Both the position numbers and the translations under genes were made by a program. From Bacilli bacterium (lineage in GTDB: Bacteria; Bacillota_I; Bacilli_A; ML615J-28; CAG-698), in NCBI GenBank assembly GCA_035270985.1, contig DATESD010000171.1, positions 1-24,000 of the forward strand: a stretch of 24,000 nt of DNA, given 5' to 3'. This document shows positions 1 through 8,841 of this stretch, one piece after another. The notes under the pieces are model-generated. The model worked only from the letters and a program-made list of their open reading frames with translations, had not been told where the DNA came from and did not search any database. Position 1 is the first letter of the stretch. The number at the start of each line of letters is the position of its first letter.

Positions 1-1288
1 ACTATACCGAGCCCTAACAGAAAAAAGCAATCCATATTTACCGCTTAATTTACTAGAGGTCGGATTAATAAAAACTGGCCGAGATGATAAATATTACGAT
101 ATGTTTCGCTCAAGAATAATGTTTCCGATTGATGACTTAAACGGAAATATTGTTGGCTTTAGCGGTCGGACTTACCATAAAACAAGCAAAGATGAAGCAA
201 AATATGTTAATAGTAATGAAAATATAATTTTCAAAAAAAGCAATATTCTTTATAATTATTCTCGCGCCATTAACACGATCAAACAAAAAGATCATGTCTT
301 TATTTTTGAAGGGTTTTTAGATGTCATTGCTGCCTACCGAGCAAAAGTGGAAAATACTATTGCAACAATGGGAACTGCGCTAACTAATCAACAAATCATT
401 GCAATTAAAAAAACTACTATGAATATAACGCTTTGCTTTGATGGCGATAACCCCGGCATTGAAGCTACCAAGAGAGCAATCGATTTATTTAACCGCGCTA
501 ATTTCAACATTAAAGTAATGCTTTTGCCGGAAAATCTTGATCCTGATGAATATGCAAATAAATTTGGAACGGAAAGTTTAAATGACTTTTTGGAAAATAA
601 GGCTTTAAGCGCTCCGGAATATCTCTATGAATTAGAAAAACGTAACTTGAATATCAATGATCCTTATAGTATTGAATCTTTTAAGAAAAATGTATTCAAT
701 TTTTTGCGTTTGTTTAATACTAGTTCTCTAACTGAATTTTATATTAAAAAAACCGCGGCTGATTTAGAAATGGCGACCTCATCGTTAAAAGATGATTATA
801 AAAAAGGCCAACAAAAGCAAACTATTTCTGCACCGCGCAGTCGCGAGGCAGGAAGAAGGCCAGCCGCAACAAAGAAACGTTATATCGCCAATGAGAAATG
901 TGCTATTTATCATGCGTATTTTTCTAAAGATTCGTGCACTCTGATTTCAAGTGAGAAAACTAATTTTACTTATGCTGATCCAGATAATCGTAATATTTTA
1001 TTTAAATTATTTGACTTTTATAAAACTAACGATAAAGTTAACGATGATTTTGTTAATTTATTGACTGCAGAAGAAAAACAGATACTAACAAAAATCTTAC
1101 AAAAGATAAACAGTGATAATCTAATAAGCTTAGAAGAATGCTTACAAGTAAATATTGAGTTTTTCAATGAAAAAATTCAAGAAAAATTACGAGAATCTTT
1201 TAAGGACGATGAAATTGACGATAAAAAAGCAATGGAATTTATTAATTCTAAAAGAATTACCACTAAAATAGTTAAAAAAGAGGAGTGA
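1..1288 (+). CDS. dnaG: DNA primase DnaG, C-terminal part (5' truncated by window edge)
   Basis: Frame stays open from base 2 into the listed ORF ([43 protein letters not shown]); TOPRIM motifs [31 protein letters not shown]; located upstream of sigA as in the classical dnaG-rpoD operon. Confidence 0.95.
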   Translation, partial: LYRALTEKSNPYLPLNLLEVGLIKTGRDDKYYDMFRSRIMFPIDDLNGNIVGFSGRTYHKTSKDEAKYVNSNENIIFKKSNILYNYSRAINTIKQKDHVFIFEGFLDVIAAYRAKVENTIATMGTALTNQQIIAIKKTTMNITLCFDGDNPGIEATKRAIDLFNRANFNIKVMLLPENLDPDEYANKFGTESLNDFLENKALSAPEYLYELEKRNLNINDPYSIESFKKNVFNFLRLFNTSSLTEFYIKKTAADLEMATSSLKDDYKKGQQKQTISAPRSREAGRRPAATKKRYIANEKCAIYHAYFSKDSCTLISSEKTNFTYADPDNRNILFKLFDFYKTNDKVNDDFVNLLTAEEKQILTKILQKINSDNLISLEECLQVNIEFFNEKIQEKLRESFKDDEIDDKKAMEFINSKRITTKIVKKEE

Positions 1289-1292
1289 CCTT

Positions 1293-2558
1293 GTGAACTA
1301 TGAAAATCCTGAATTAGAATTAATTGTTGAAGATGGAAAGAAAAAAGGATATGTCGCTTTAAAAAAAATACTCGCAATTGTTGATGAAGAAAGTGAAGCT
1401 TTTGATGAAGTAACTAAAAAGTTGGAAGCTCTCAACATTGATATAGTGCGTGATTCTGATTTAGAAGCTTATGAATCTAACGATATCGATATCGATTCAG
1501 ATAGGTTTGTTGAAGATTTTGATGGTTTCATTGGTGAATTAGAAGGTGATCCTGAATTTACCGAGTTTACTAATGAAATTGAAAACGATTTAAAGACAAA
1601 AGATATTGAAGATATCGTTTCTGCGGTTATTACTCATACTCAAACTGATGATCCAGTAAAAATGTATTTAAAAGAAATTGGCCAAGTGCCACTATTAACG
1701 ACTACACGTGAACTAGAATTATCGCGAATTGTGCAACAAGGCTTGATTGCAAAAGATATTATTGAAATAGTTGAACTTGGGCGTCGAGAAGTAACTAACG
1801 AAGAAAAAGAAAAATTAAATTTATGTATTGAAGATGGTGAAGATGCTCGAGCGATAATAATTGAATCAAACTTAAGATTAGTTGTTTCGATTGCAAAAAG
1901 ATATTTAGGCCGTGGGATGCAATTTCAAGATTTGATTCAAGAAGGCAATATGGGATTAATGAAGTCAGTAACAAAGTTCGATCCCACTAAAGGCTTTAAA
2001 TTTTCAACATATGCAACATGGTGGATTAGGCAAGCGATAACTCGATCAATCGCTGATCAAGCGAGAACGATTAGAATTCCGGTTCATATGGTAGAGACTA
2101 TTAATAAACTAGTAAGAACGCAGCGAAAACTAACGCAAGAATTACGTCGGGAACCTACTCCTGAAGAAATTGCTGCGGAGATGAAAATTACGGTTGAAAA
2201 GGTCCAACAAATTCAAAAAATTGCTCAAGAGCCGGTTTCACTAGAAACTCCAGTCGGAGAAGAAGACGATTCAACATTAGGCGATTTTGTTCATGATAGC
2301 GAATTACCCAATCCACTTGATTATACGATTAACGAAAAATATAAAGAAGAAATTGATGAAGTATTAAAAACTTTGACTCCTCGAGAAGAAAAAGTATTGC
2401 GTTTACGTTTCGGTTTAGCCGATGGTAAACCTCATACATTAGAGGAAGTAGGCAAAGAGTTTGGGGTAACCCGCGAAAGAATTAGACAAATTGAGGCTAA
2501 GGCTATTAGGAGACTTCGACATCCGACTAGGCAAAAGCGACTTAGCCAATTTAAATAA
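1293..2558 (+). CDS. rpoD: Primary RNA polymerase sigma factor (SigA/RpoD), copy 1
   Basis: GTG start, SD GAGGAG 7 nt upstream; regions 2-4 canonical ([87 protein letters not shown]). Confidence 0.97.
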   Translation: MNYENPELELIVEDGKKKGYVALKKILAIVDEESEAFDEVTKKLEALNIDIVRDSDLEAYESNDIDIDSDRFVEDFDGFIGELEGDPEFTEFTNEIENDLKTKDIEDIVSAVITHTQTDDPVKMYLKEIGQVPLLTTTRELELSRIVQQGLIAKDIIEIVELGRREVTNEEKEKLNLCIEDGEDARAIIIESNLRLVVSIAKRYLGRGMQFQDLIQEGNMGLMKSVTKFDPTKGFKFSTYATWWIRQAITRSIADQARTIRIPVHMVETINKLVRTQRKLTQELRREPTPEEIAAEMKITVEKVQQIQKIAQEPVSLETPVGEEDDSTLGDFVHDSELPNPLDYTINEKYKEEIDEVLKTLTPREEKVLRLRFGLADGKPHTLEEVGKEFGVTRERIRQIEAKAIRRLRHPTRQKRLSQFK

Positions 2559-2611
2559 AATAACAGCTAAATTTGTTGTATTAAAAATAGTTGAAAAAGA
2601 GGAGTGATTGT

Positions 2612-3877
2612 ATTAACTATGAAAATTCTGAATTAGATTTGATCGTTGAAGAAGGAAAGAAAAAAAGTTATGTCCCTTTAAAAAGCATTCTGGCGATTGT
2701 CGATGAAGAAAGTGAAGCTTTTGAAGAAGTAACTAAGAAATTAGAACATTTAAATATTGATATAGTTCAAGATTCTGACTTAGAGGCTTATGAATCTAAT
2801 GAGATCGATATTGATTCTGAAAATTTTGTTGAAGACTTTGATGGATTTATTGGTGAATTAGAAGAAGACCCGGAATTTGCTGAATTTACTAGTGATATTG
2901 AAAATGATTTAAAGGCGAAAGATATCGAAGATATTGTTTCTGTAGCTATTACTCACAGTCAAACTGATGACCCAATCAAGATGTATTTAAAAGAAATTGG
3001 TCAAGTACCGTTACTAACTACTATTCGCGAATTAGAATTATCGCGAATTGTTCAACAAGGCTTGATAGCCCAAGATATTATTGAAATAGTTGATTCTGGC
3101 CATCGTGAAGTAACTAGTGAAGAAAGAGAAAAGTTAGTATTATGTATTGCTGAGGGTGATGATGCCCGAGAAATCATAATTGAGTCTAACTTACGTTTAG
3201 TTGTTTCCATTGCGAAAAGGTATTTAGGCCGCGGTATGCAATTTGAAGATTTAATCCAAGAAGGTAATATGGGGTTAATGAAATCAGTGCCTAAGTTTGA
3301 TCCAACGCGAGGATTTAAATTCTCAACATATGCAACATGGTGGATTCGCCAAGCAATAACTAGATCGATTGCTGATCAATCAAGAACTATTAGAGTCCCT
3401 GTTCACATGGTGGAAACTATTAATAAGCTATTTAGGGCGCAACGAAAACTAACACAAGAATTACGACGGGAGCCAACTCCTGAAGAAATTGCTGCGGAGA
3501 TGAAAATCACAGTTGAAAAAGTGCAGTTAATTAGAAAGATTGCTCAAACTCCGGTTTCGCTAGAAACTCCAGTTGGAGAAGAAGATGATTCAACGTTAAG
3601 TGATTTCATTCCGGATAATGAATTACCTAACCCACTTGATTATACTATTAACGAAAAATACAAAGAGGAAATCGATGAAGTATTAAAAACATTGACTCCT
3701 CGAGAAGAAAGAGTCTTACGGTTGCGCTTTGGCCTAGTTGACGGGAAACCTCATACACTAGAAGAAGTAGGCAAAGAATTTAATGTTACTCGTGAAAGAA
3801 TTAGACAAATAGAAGCTAAAGCTATTAGAAGGCTTCGTCATCCGACTAGAAAAAAGAGACTAAGTCAATTCAAATAA
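2612..3877 (+). CDS. Second primary-type (RpoD-like) sigma factor, tandem paralogue; probable ATT start (ORF track extends to TTG at 2591)
   Basis: About 88% identical to copy 1 by hand alignment without gaps; same length (1266 nt) if initiated at ATT 2612; SD GAGGAG at 2599-2604, 7 nt upstream, same as copy 1. Confidence 0.88.
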   Translation: MNYENSELDLIVEEGKKKSYVPLKSILAIVDEESEAFEEVTKKLEHLNIDIVQDSDLEAYESNEIDIDSENFVEDFDGFIGELEEDPEFAEFTSDIENDLKAKDIEDIVSVAITHSQTDDPIKMYLKEIGQVPLLTTIRELELSRIVQQGLIAQDIIEIVDSGHREVTSEEREKLVLCIAEGDDAREIIIESNLRLVVSIAKRYLGRGMQFEDLIQEGNMGLMKSVPKFDPTRGFKFSTYATWWIRQAITRSIADQSRTIRVPVHMVETINKLFRAQRKLTQELRREPTPEEIAAEMKITVEKVQLIRKIAQTPVSLETPVGEEDDSTLSDFIPDNELPNPLDYTINEKYKEEIDEVLKTLTPREERVLRLRFGLVDGKPHTLEEVGKEFNVTRERIRQIEAKAIRRLRHPTRKKRLSQFK

Positions 3878-3922
3878 AATTGCAGATAGTTTACTATCTG
3901 CTTTCTTTATTAGAGAGGAGAA

Positions 3923-4576
3923 ATGATGGCATCACTAAGATTAAAAACAATCGCTAACTATATTGAACCTTATAAAACAATTGCTGATGTAGGATGCGAT
4001 CATGGGCACTTAATACTAGAAGCATTTGAAAATCATTATATTGATTTTGCTCAAGCAATTGATAATAAGTCTTTACCATTAAAAAACGCCTTAAAAAACA
4101 TAACTAAAGCTGGTTTATCGAGTAAAGTTATTTTCACTTTAGGCGATGGCTTAGAGAATTTGTGGGAGGGCATCGAAGTTATTGTCATTTCTGGAATGGG
4201 TGGCTATAATATTATAAAGATATTAAGCAATAATAGTAATAATGAAGCTAAAAGATTTATCCTGCAAGCTAATCGTAATGTTTACAACTTGAGAAAATAT
4301 TTAATGGAAAATGGCTATCGGATTGTTGATGAAGATATTATTCTGGAAGACGAAAGGCACTACGAAATAGTTGTTTGTGAACGAACTGCACGGGTGGTAG
4401 ATTATAGTGAAAAAGAACTTAGATTTGGGCCGGTTTTGTTGAAAAAAAGAAGTCAAGTTTTAATTGATAAACTAAAACAAGAAAGAGATAAATTAGCTTT
4501 AATCGATATAAAAGTTGAATCAATCGATGAAAAAATAAGGAGGTTAGATGAAATTATATGCTCGCGAAAAAAATAA
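3923..4576 (+). CDS. trmK: tRNA (adenine(22)-N(1))-methyltransferase, SAM-dependent (TrmK/YqfN family)
   Basis: RLKTIANYIEPYKTIADVGCDHGHL motif I, VISGMGGYNI; syntenic after sigA as in Bacillus; SD AGAGGAG. Confidence 0.9.
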   Translation: MMASLRLKTIANYIEPYKTIADVGCDHGHLILEAFENHYIDFAQAIDNKSLPLKNALKNITKAGLSSKVIFTLGDGLENLWEGIEVIVISGMGGYNIIKILSNNSNNEAKRFILQANRNVYNLRKYLMENGYRIVDEDIILEDERHYEIVVCERTARVVDYSEKELRFGPVLLKKRSQVLIDKLKQERDKLALIDIKVESIDEKIRRLDEIICSRKK

Positions 4577-5349
4577 TTGAATATCTGGAGAAAAGATTTC
4601 CTCGAGAAAATGCTGAAGATTTTGATATTCCTCGAATCGGATTAATTGTTGGTAGAGACGATTTTATCGTTAATAACATTTTATTGGCACTAGATTTATC
4701 AGTAGAAGTTGTTAATGAAGCGATAAAAAATAAGGCTAATTTTATCATTATTCACCATCCTTTCTTTTTTGAACCAATGCATAAAATATTGTTAAATACT
4801 GAAAAAGGTGATGTTGCCAAGGTGTTATTAGTGAACGATATTTCTGTATATGCGATGCACACAAACTTAGATGTCGGTGCTGGCGGTGTTAATGATGTTC
4901 TTGCTGAAAAACTTGAAATTATGAATATTCAAATCGCTAATGGTGAAGTAGGAAAACATAATTACTTGCGTTTCGGTAATATAAAAGAAATTACTTTAGA
5001 AGGACTAGCTAGATTTGTCAAAGAAACGTTTAATTTGACGGGTGTCAAAATACTAGGCGATTTCGCCCAAAAAATAAGCAAAATAGGTGTTATAGGCGGT
5101 AGTGGTGCTCATGATTTTGATATTGAATGTGCCTATCAGAACGGCTGTCAAGTTTTAATAACTGGCGAAGTAAAATTAAATAATGCTCAATACGCGAAAT
5201 ATTTAGGCTTAAACATTATTGAAGTGAACCATGGCGTCGAAAAATTTGTTTTTTATAAATTAAAAAAAGATCTAGAAATTGATCTAGATCTAAAAGATAA
5301 AGTTAAAGTATCGAAGTTTGAAACGGATCCTTTAAAATTCTTTGCATAA
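4558..5349 (+). CDS. Nif3-like dinuclear metal centre protein (YqfO-type without the inserted domain)
   Basis: NFIIIHHPFFFEP, YAMHTNLDVGAGGVNDVLAEKL, GGSGAHDFDIECAYQNGCQVLITGEVKLNNAQYAKYLGLNIIEVNHG; overlaps trmK by 19 nt. Confidence 0.9.
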   Translation: MLAKKIIEYLEKRFPRENAEDFDIPRIGLIVGRDDFIVNNILLALDLSVEVVNEAIKNKANFIIIHHPFFFEPMHKILLNTEKGDVAKVLLVNDISVYAMHTNLDVGAGGVNDVLAEKLEIMNIQIANGEVGKHNYLRFGNIKEITLEGLARFVKETFNLTGVKILGDFAQKISKIGVIGGSGAHDFDIECAYQNGCQVLITGEVKLNNAQYAKYLGLNIIEVNHGVEKFVFYKLKKDLEIDLDLKDKVKVSKFETDPLKFFA

Positions 5350-5376
5350 AAAAAGTAGCTAAGGCTACTTTTTTAT
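5348..5376. terminator. Bidirectional intrinsic terminator between nif3-like and ferredoxin genes
   Basis: AAAAAGTAGC-TAAG-GCTACTTTTTT hairpin with A/T runs on both flanks. Confidence 0.85.
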
Positions 5377-5383
5377 GTTAGTT

Positions 5384-5551
5384 TTATTTTTCAATAATTG
5401 CTTCTACTGGGCACACTTCTTGGCATGAACCACAATCGATACAAGCTTCTGGATCGATAACATAAATATCGCCTTCCTTAATGCAATCAACTGGGCATTC
5501 AGATGCGCAAGTACCACAAGCGATACATGAATCTGTAATAAATCTTGGCAT
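5384..5551 (-). CDS. 2x[4Fe-4S] ferredoxin, 55 aa (absent from supplied ORF track because it is short)
   Basis: Reverse-strand translation MPRFITDSCIACGTCASECPVDCIKEGDIYVIDPEACIDCGSCQEVCPVEAIIEK with two CxxCxxCxxxCP motifs; SD AAAGGAGG upstream. Confidence 0.95.
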   Translation of the reverse strand: MPRFITDSCIACGTCASECPVDCIKEGDIYVIDPEACIDCGSCQEVCPVEAIIEK

Positions 5552-5723
5552 AAAAAGTCCTCCTTTAATCCTCCTATATTATACTATAAATAGTAAAATA
5601 GGTAAAGACATATTTGTAAAAATAGCAATGAAAACGAATACTGTCATTTATAAGTATTGTAATACTTGCATTTTATCGATAATTATAGTAAAATAACTTA
5701 TATTAAAAAAGGAGTGATACAAT

Positions 5724-5954
5724 ATGTGGACGCTACAAATTTGGGCTTGGTGTTTAATTATTTTGGGCTTTCTTCTTGTTGGAGCTGTGATAGGCTTTTT
5801 CGTTTCAAGAAAAATAATGACAAAATATTTAGAAAAGAACCCTCCTGTTAATGAAAAAATGATCCGTGTTATGTTCCAACAAATGGGAAGAACACCATCA
5901 GAGAAGCAAGTACGTCAAGTTATGGCTTCGATGACTCAAGCTAAAAATGAATAG
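5724..5954 (+). CDS. YneF family (UPF0154) small membrane protein
   Basis: N-terminal TM segment followed by RKIMTKYLEKNPPVNEKMIRVMFQQMGRTPSEKQVRQVMASM, typical of the family; SD AAAGGAG. Confidence 0.9.
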   Translation: MWTLQIWAWCLIILGFLLVGAVIGFFVSRKIMTKYLEKNPPVNEKMIRVMFQQMGRTPSEKQVRQVMASMTQAKNE

Positions 5955-5970
5955 TTAGAATTAAAAATAA

Positions 5971-5999
5971 AACATGCTCCGAAAGGGCATGTTTTTTTA
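5971..5999. terminator. Intrinsic terminator
   Basis: ACATGCTC-CGAAAG-GGCATGT followed by TTTTTTT, after yneF-like stop; convergent with plsY. Confidence 0.8.
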
Positions 6000-6644
6000 T
6001 TGACTGTTTTTTCTTCCCCACTTTATTTTTGCCTCTTGATGGTGATATAATCTTTTAATGTTACTGAGATGGCGAAAGTAAATTACCGATAGAGATATTA
6101 ATGATACAATAGCGAAGTAGATATCGATATCTTTTGCTAATATATAGTCGTAACCGATAAAAGTCATTATCACAACGATTATAGTAACAAAAGAAGCGGA
6201 TATTAAAGATCCCAAGGAAACATAACTTGATAAGTAAGTTACAAGAAAGAAAATTATTAAGGCGATTAATAATAACCATGGGCAATATCCGAGAATAACT
6301 CCTCCACTCGTGGCAACTGCTTTTCCCCCTTTAAATTTTAGATAGATTGAGAAGGTATGCCCCAGGATGGCGAACAAACCGTATATCATCGGCGATAAAA
6401 AACAATATTCACTGGGGATGATATTAAATCTAAATAAGAAGACAATAATAAAACCTTTAAAGGTATCTAAAACATAAGTTATTATTGCGTATTTGTTTCC
6501 TAGAACTCTACCGGTATTTGTAGTGCCGATGTTTTTGCTCCCGTGTTCTCTAATATCAACGCCTTTAATTTTACCGATGACAAAGCCGAAGGGGATTGCC
6601 CCCAATAAATAAGCAACAACAAGTAAACCATATTTAATCATCAT
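5997..6644 (-). CDS. plsY: Acyl-phosphate glycerol-3-phosphate acyltransferase PlsY
   Basis: YLLGAIPFGFVIGKIKGVDIREHGSKNIGTTNTGRVLG, LGHTFSIYLKFKGGKAVATSGG; multiple TM segments. Confidence 0.96.
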   Translation of the reverse strand: MMIKYGLLVVAYLLGAIPFGFVIGKIKGVDIREHGSKNIGTTNTGRVLGNKYAIITYVLDTFKGFIIVFLFRFNIIPSEYCFLSPMIYGLFAILGHTFSIYLKFKGGKAVATSGGVILGYCPWLLLIALIIFFLVTYLSSYVSLGSLISASFVTIIVVIMTFIGYDYILAKDIDIYFAIVSLISLSVIYFRHLSNIKRLYHHQEAKIKWGRKNSQ

Positions 6645-6795
6645 ATATTTTCTCCAATTTGTTATTTATTATACCACAAAGTGATTAATAAAACAATATT
6701 GAAAAACAAGAAAACATTGTTGATTAACATGGTCATTGAAATACGAAAAAAACTTTTGAAGAGAGGTTAAACATACTCATAAAGCATTAATGAAT

Positions 6796-6848
6796 ACGAA
6801 AAGCAACTTAAAATATTGTTTTACTTTTCGTTTAATATATGCTATAAT
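6796..6848 (+). promoter_or_regulatory. Putative parE promoter with inverted repeat overlapping the -35 element
   Basis: TTTACT (6820-6825), 17 nt, TATAAT (6843-6848); ACGAAAAG (6796-6803) and CTTTTCGT (6824-6831) inverted repeat. Confidence 0.6.
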
Positions 6849-6879
6849 ATAGATAGATTAATAAGAAGGAATGATGAAT

Positions 6880-8841
6880 ATGGCAAAAATTAAAAGCGAT
6901 GATTACACTGGTGAAAAGATTCAGGTCTTAAAAGGACTAGAAGCTGTTAGGAAACGTCCGGGGATGTACATTGGTTCAACCGACTCACGGGGGCTTCATC
7001 GCCTAATATGGGAAATCATTGACAATGGCGTTGATGAAGTGTTGGGTGGTTTTGCTAACCATGTTAAGGTTATTATTCGCAAGGGTAATATTGTTGAAGT
7101 ACAGGACAACGGCCGCGGGATCCCGATTGATATGCATAAAGAGGGAGTCCCAACACCACAGGTTGTCTTTGCTACTTTGCATGCTGGTGGAAAATTTGAC
7201 TCTACAGGGGCATATAAAGTTTCTGGAGGCCTTCACGGAGTTGGAGCGAGCGTCGTTAATGCTTTGAGTGAATGGATTGAATTAACAATTAATCGTGATG
7301 GTAAGCAATATTTTCAAAGATTTGAAGATGGAGGCAAAGTTATTCGTAAGCCGAAGATTGTTGCCGATTCATCAAAGCGAAAAGGAACTACTGTTGTTTT
7401 TAAACCTGACTCGTCAATCTTCTCAACAACGTTAATAGATTATAAATTATGTGCTCAACGCTTAAAAGAAGCAGCTTTTCTAATAAAAGGCTTAAAAGCT
7501 GAATTATTTGATGAAAGAAATAATACTCATGAAATATTTAAATATGACGATGGGATTGTTGAATATGTCAATACACTAAATGAAGGAAAAGAAAAGATTC
7601 ATGAACCTGTTTACTTGGTTGGATCTTATGGTAAGATTCAAGTGGAGGCCGCACTGCAATATACGACTAAAACATATTCTGAAAATGTTTTATCGTTTGT
7701 TAATAATATTAAAACTCGCGATGGTGGAACTCATGAAACAGGGTTAAAGAGTGCCATTACAAAAACTTTTAATGATTATGCAAGGATGAAGGGCTTATTA
7801 AAAGATAAAGATCCAAACCTTGATGGTGTTGATATTCGTGAGGGACTAACGGTAGTCTTATCAATTCGCATTCCCGAAGATTTGTTGCAATTTGAAGGCC
7901 AAACTAAAAATAAACTTGGAACTGCTGATGCAAAGGTGGCAGTCGAACAAGTTGTTGGTGAGCAATTTAAATTTTATTTGTCGGAAAAAGGAGAAATCGC
8001 TAATATTCTAATCAATAATGCTCTTCGGGCCTTTAGAGCTCGTGAAGAAGCCCGTAAAGCTCGTGACTCGGTGCGGATGATTAAGCAAAAAATCGGCAAA
8101 CCGATAAATATGAATGGCAAACTGAGTCCAGTTATTGAAAAAAACCCAGAAAGAAATGAACTGTTTATCGTTGAGGGTGATTCAGCGGGAGGAAGTGCCA
8201 AACAAGGGCGTGATAGTCAATATCAAGCAATTCTTCCATTACGTGGTAAAGTAATAAATGCCGAAAAAACCAAAACTGATGAATTGTTAAAAAACGAAGA
8301 AATAATGGCAATGATTCATGCAATTGGGGCTGGATTTGGACGCGATTTTAATATTAGTAAATCGAACTATAAAAAAATAATTATCATGACCGATGCTGAT
8401 ACTGATGGTGCACATATTCAAGTTCTGCTATTGACTTTCTTTTTTCGGTATATGGCTGAATTAATTTTAAATGGATATGTTTACATTGCTTTGCCACCGC
8501 TTTATAAAATATCAGGTAAAAATATTATTGAGTATGCCTGGACCGATGAAGATTTAAAAACAAAAGCGGGAACTTATAAAAATATCAATATTCAAAGGTT
8601 TAAAGGCTTAGGGGAAATGAATAAGGATCAGCTATGGGATACAACGATGAATCCGGAAACAAGAACCTTAATTAGAGTTAATATTGAAGATTTTAGTGAT
8701 GCCGATGGCCGCATTAGTGTTTTAATGGGCGATGATGTTGAACCACGTCGCGAATGGATTGAAAAAAACGTTTCCTTTGAATACATTGATAACTTTACTT
8801 TAGAAAACGCGGAGGCAACAAACGATGGCCAAGAAATCTAG
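6880..8841 (+). CDS. parE: DNA topoisomerase IV subunit B (ParE)
   Basis: [75 protein letters not shown]; ATG 6880 is 9 nt after AGAAGGA (ORF track start 6871). Followed by parC. Confidence 0.93.
   Translation: MAKIKSDDYTGEKIQVLKGLEAVRKRPGMYIGSTDSRGLHRLIWEIIDNGVDEVLGGFANHVKVIIRKGNIVEVQDNGRGIPIDMHKEGVPTPQVVFATLHAGGKFDSTGAYKVSGGLHGVGASVVNALSEWIELTINRDGKQYFQRFEDGGKVIRKPKIVADSSKRKGTTVVFKPDSSIFSTTLIDYKLCAQRLKEAAFLIKGLKAELFDERNNTHEIFKYDDGIVEYVNTLNEGKEKIHEPVYLVGSYGKIQVEAALQYTTKTYSENVLSFVNNIKTRDGGTHETGLKSAITKTFNDYARMKGLLKDKDPNLDGVDIREGLTVVLSIRIPEDLLQFEGQTKNKLGTADAKVAVEQVVGEQFKFYLSEKGEIANILINNALRAFRAREEARKARDSVRMIKQKIGKPINMNGKLSPVIEKNPERNELFIVEGDSAGGSAKQGRDSQYQAILPLRGKVINAEKTKTDELLKNEEIMAMIHAIGAGFGRDFNISKSNYKKIIIMTDADTDGAHIQVLLLTFFFRYMAELILNGYVYIALPPLYKISGKNIIEYAWTDEDLKTKAGTYKNINIQRFKGLGEMNKDQLWDTTMNPETRTLIRVNIEDFSDADGRISVLMGDDVEPRREWIEKNVSFEYIDNFTLENAEATNDGQEI

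Noticed and set aside
1177-1377. - strand 66 aa ORF and similar antisense ORFs at 4554-4748, 6061-6285, 7003-7267, 7974-8201, 10910-11119, 16375-16599, 17651-17887, 18186-18395, 20009-20203, 20969-21214, 22339-22545, 23159-23494
   Set aside because: All lie within or opposite strongly supported coding genes, with no recognisable domain; typical shadow ORFs.
2591-2611. TTG 2591 as the start of the second sigma factor (MKKRSDC extension)
   Set aside because: TTG lies upstream of the SD, has no SD of its own, and the 7 extra codons correspond to the duplicated dnaG tail/RBS in another frame. Not formally excluded; see the ATT finding.
1293-3877. Possible assembly artefact for the tandem sigma genes
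   Set aside because: The copies differ at many third positions and ~50 residues, which an assembly error would not produce.
5481-5696. + strand 71 aa ORF MQSTGHSDAQVPQAIHES...
   Set aside because: Antisense to the first part of the clearly real minus-strand ferredoxin gene and its promoter region; no domain or SD.
5666-5851. + strand 61 aa ORF
   Set aside because: Overlaps the yneF-like gene, which has the proper SD and family sequence.
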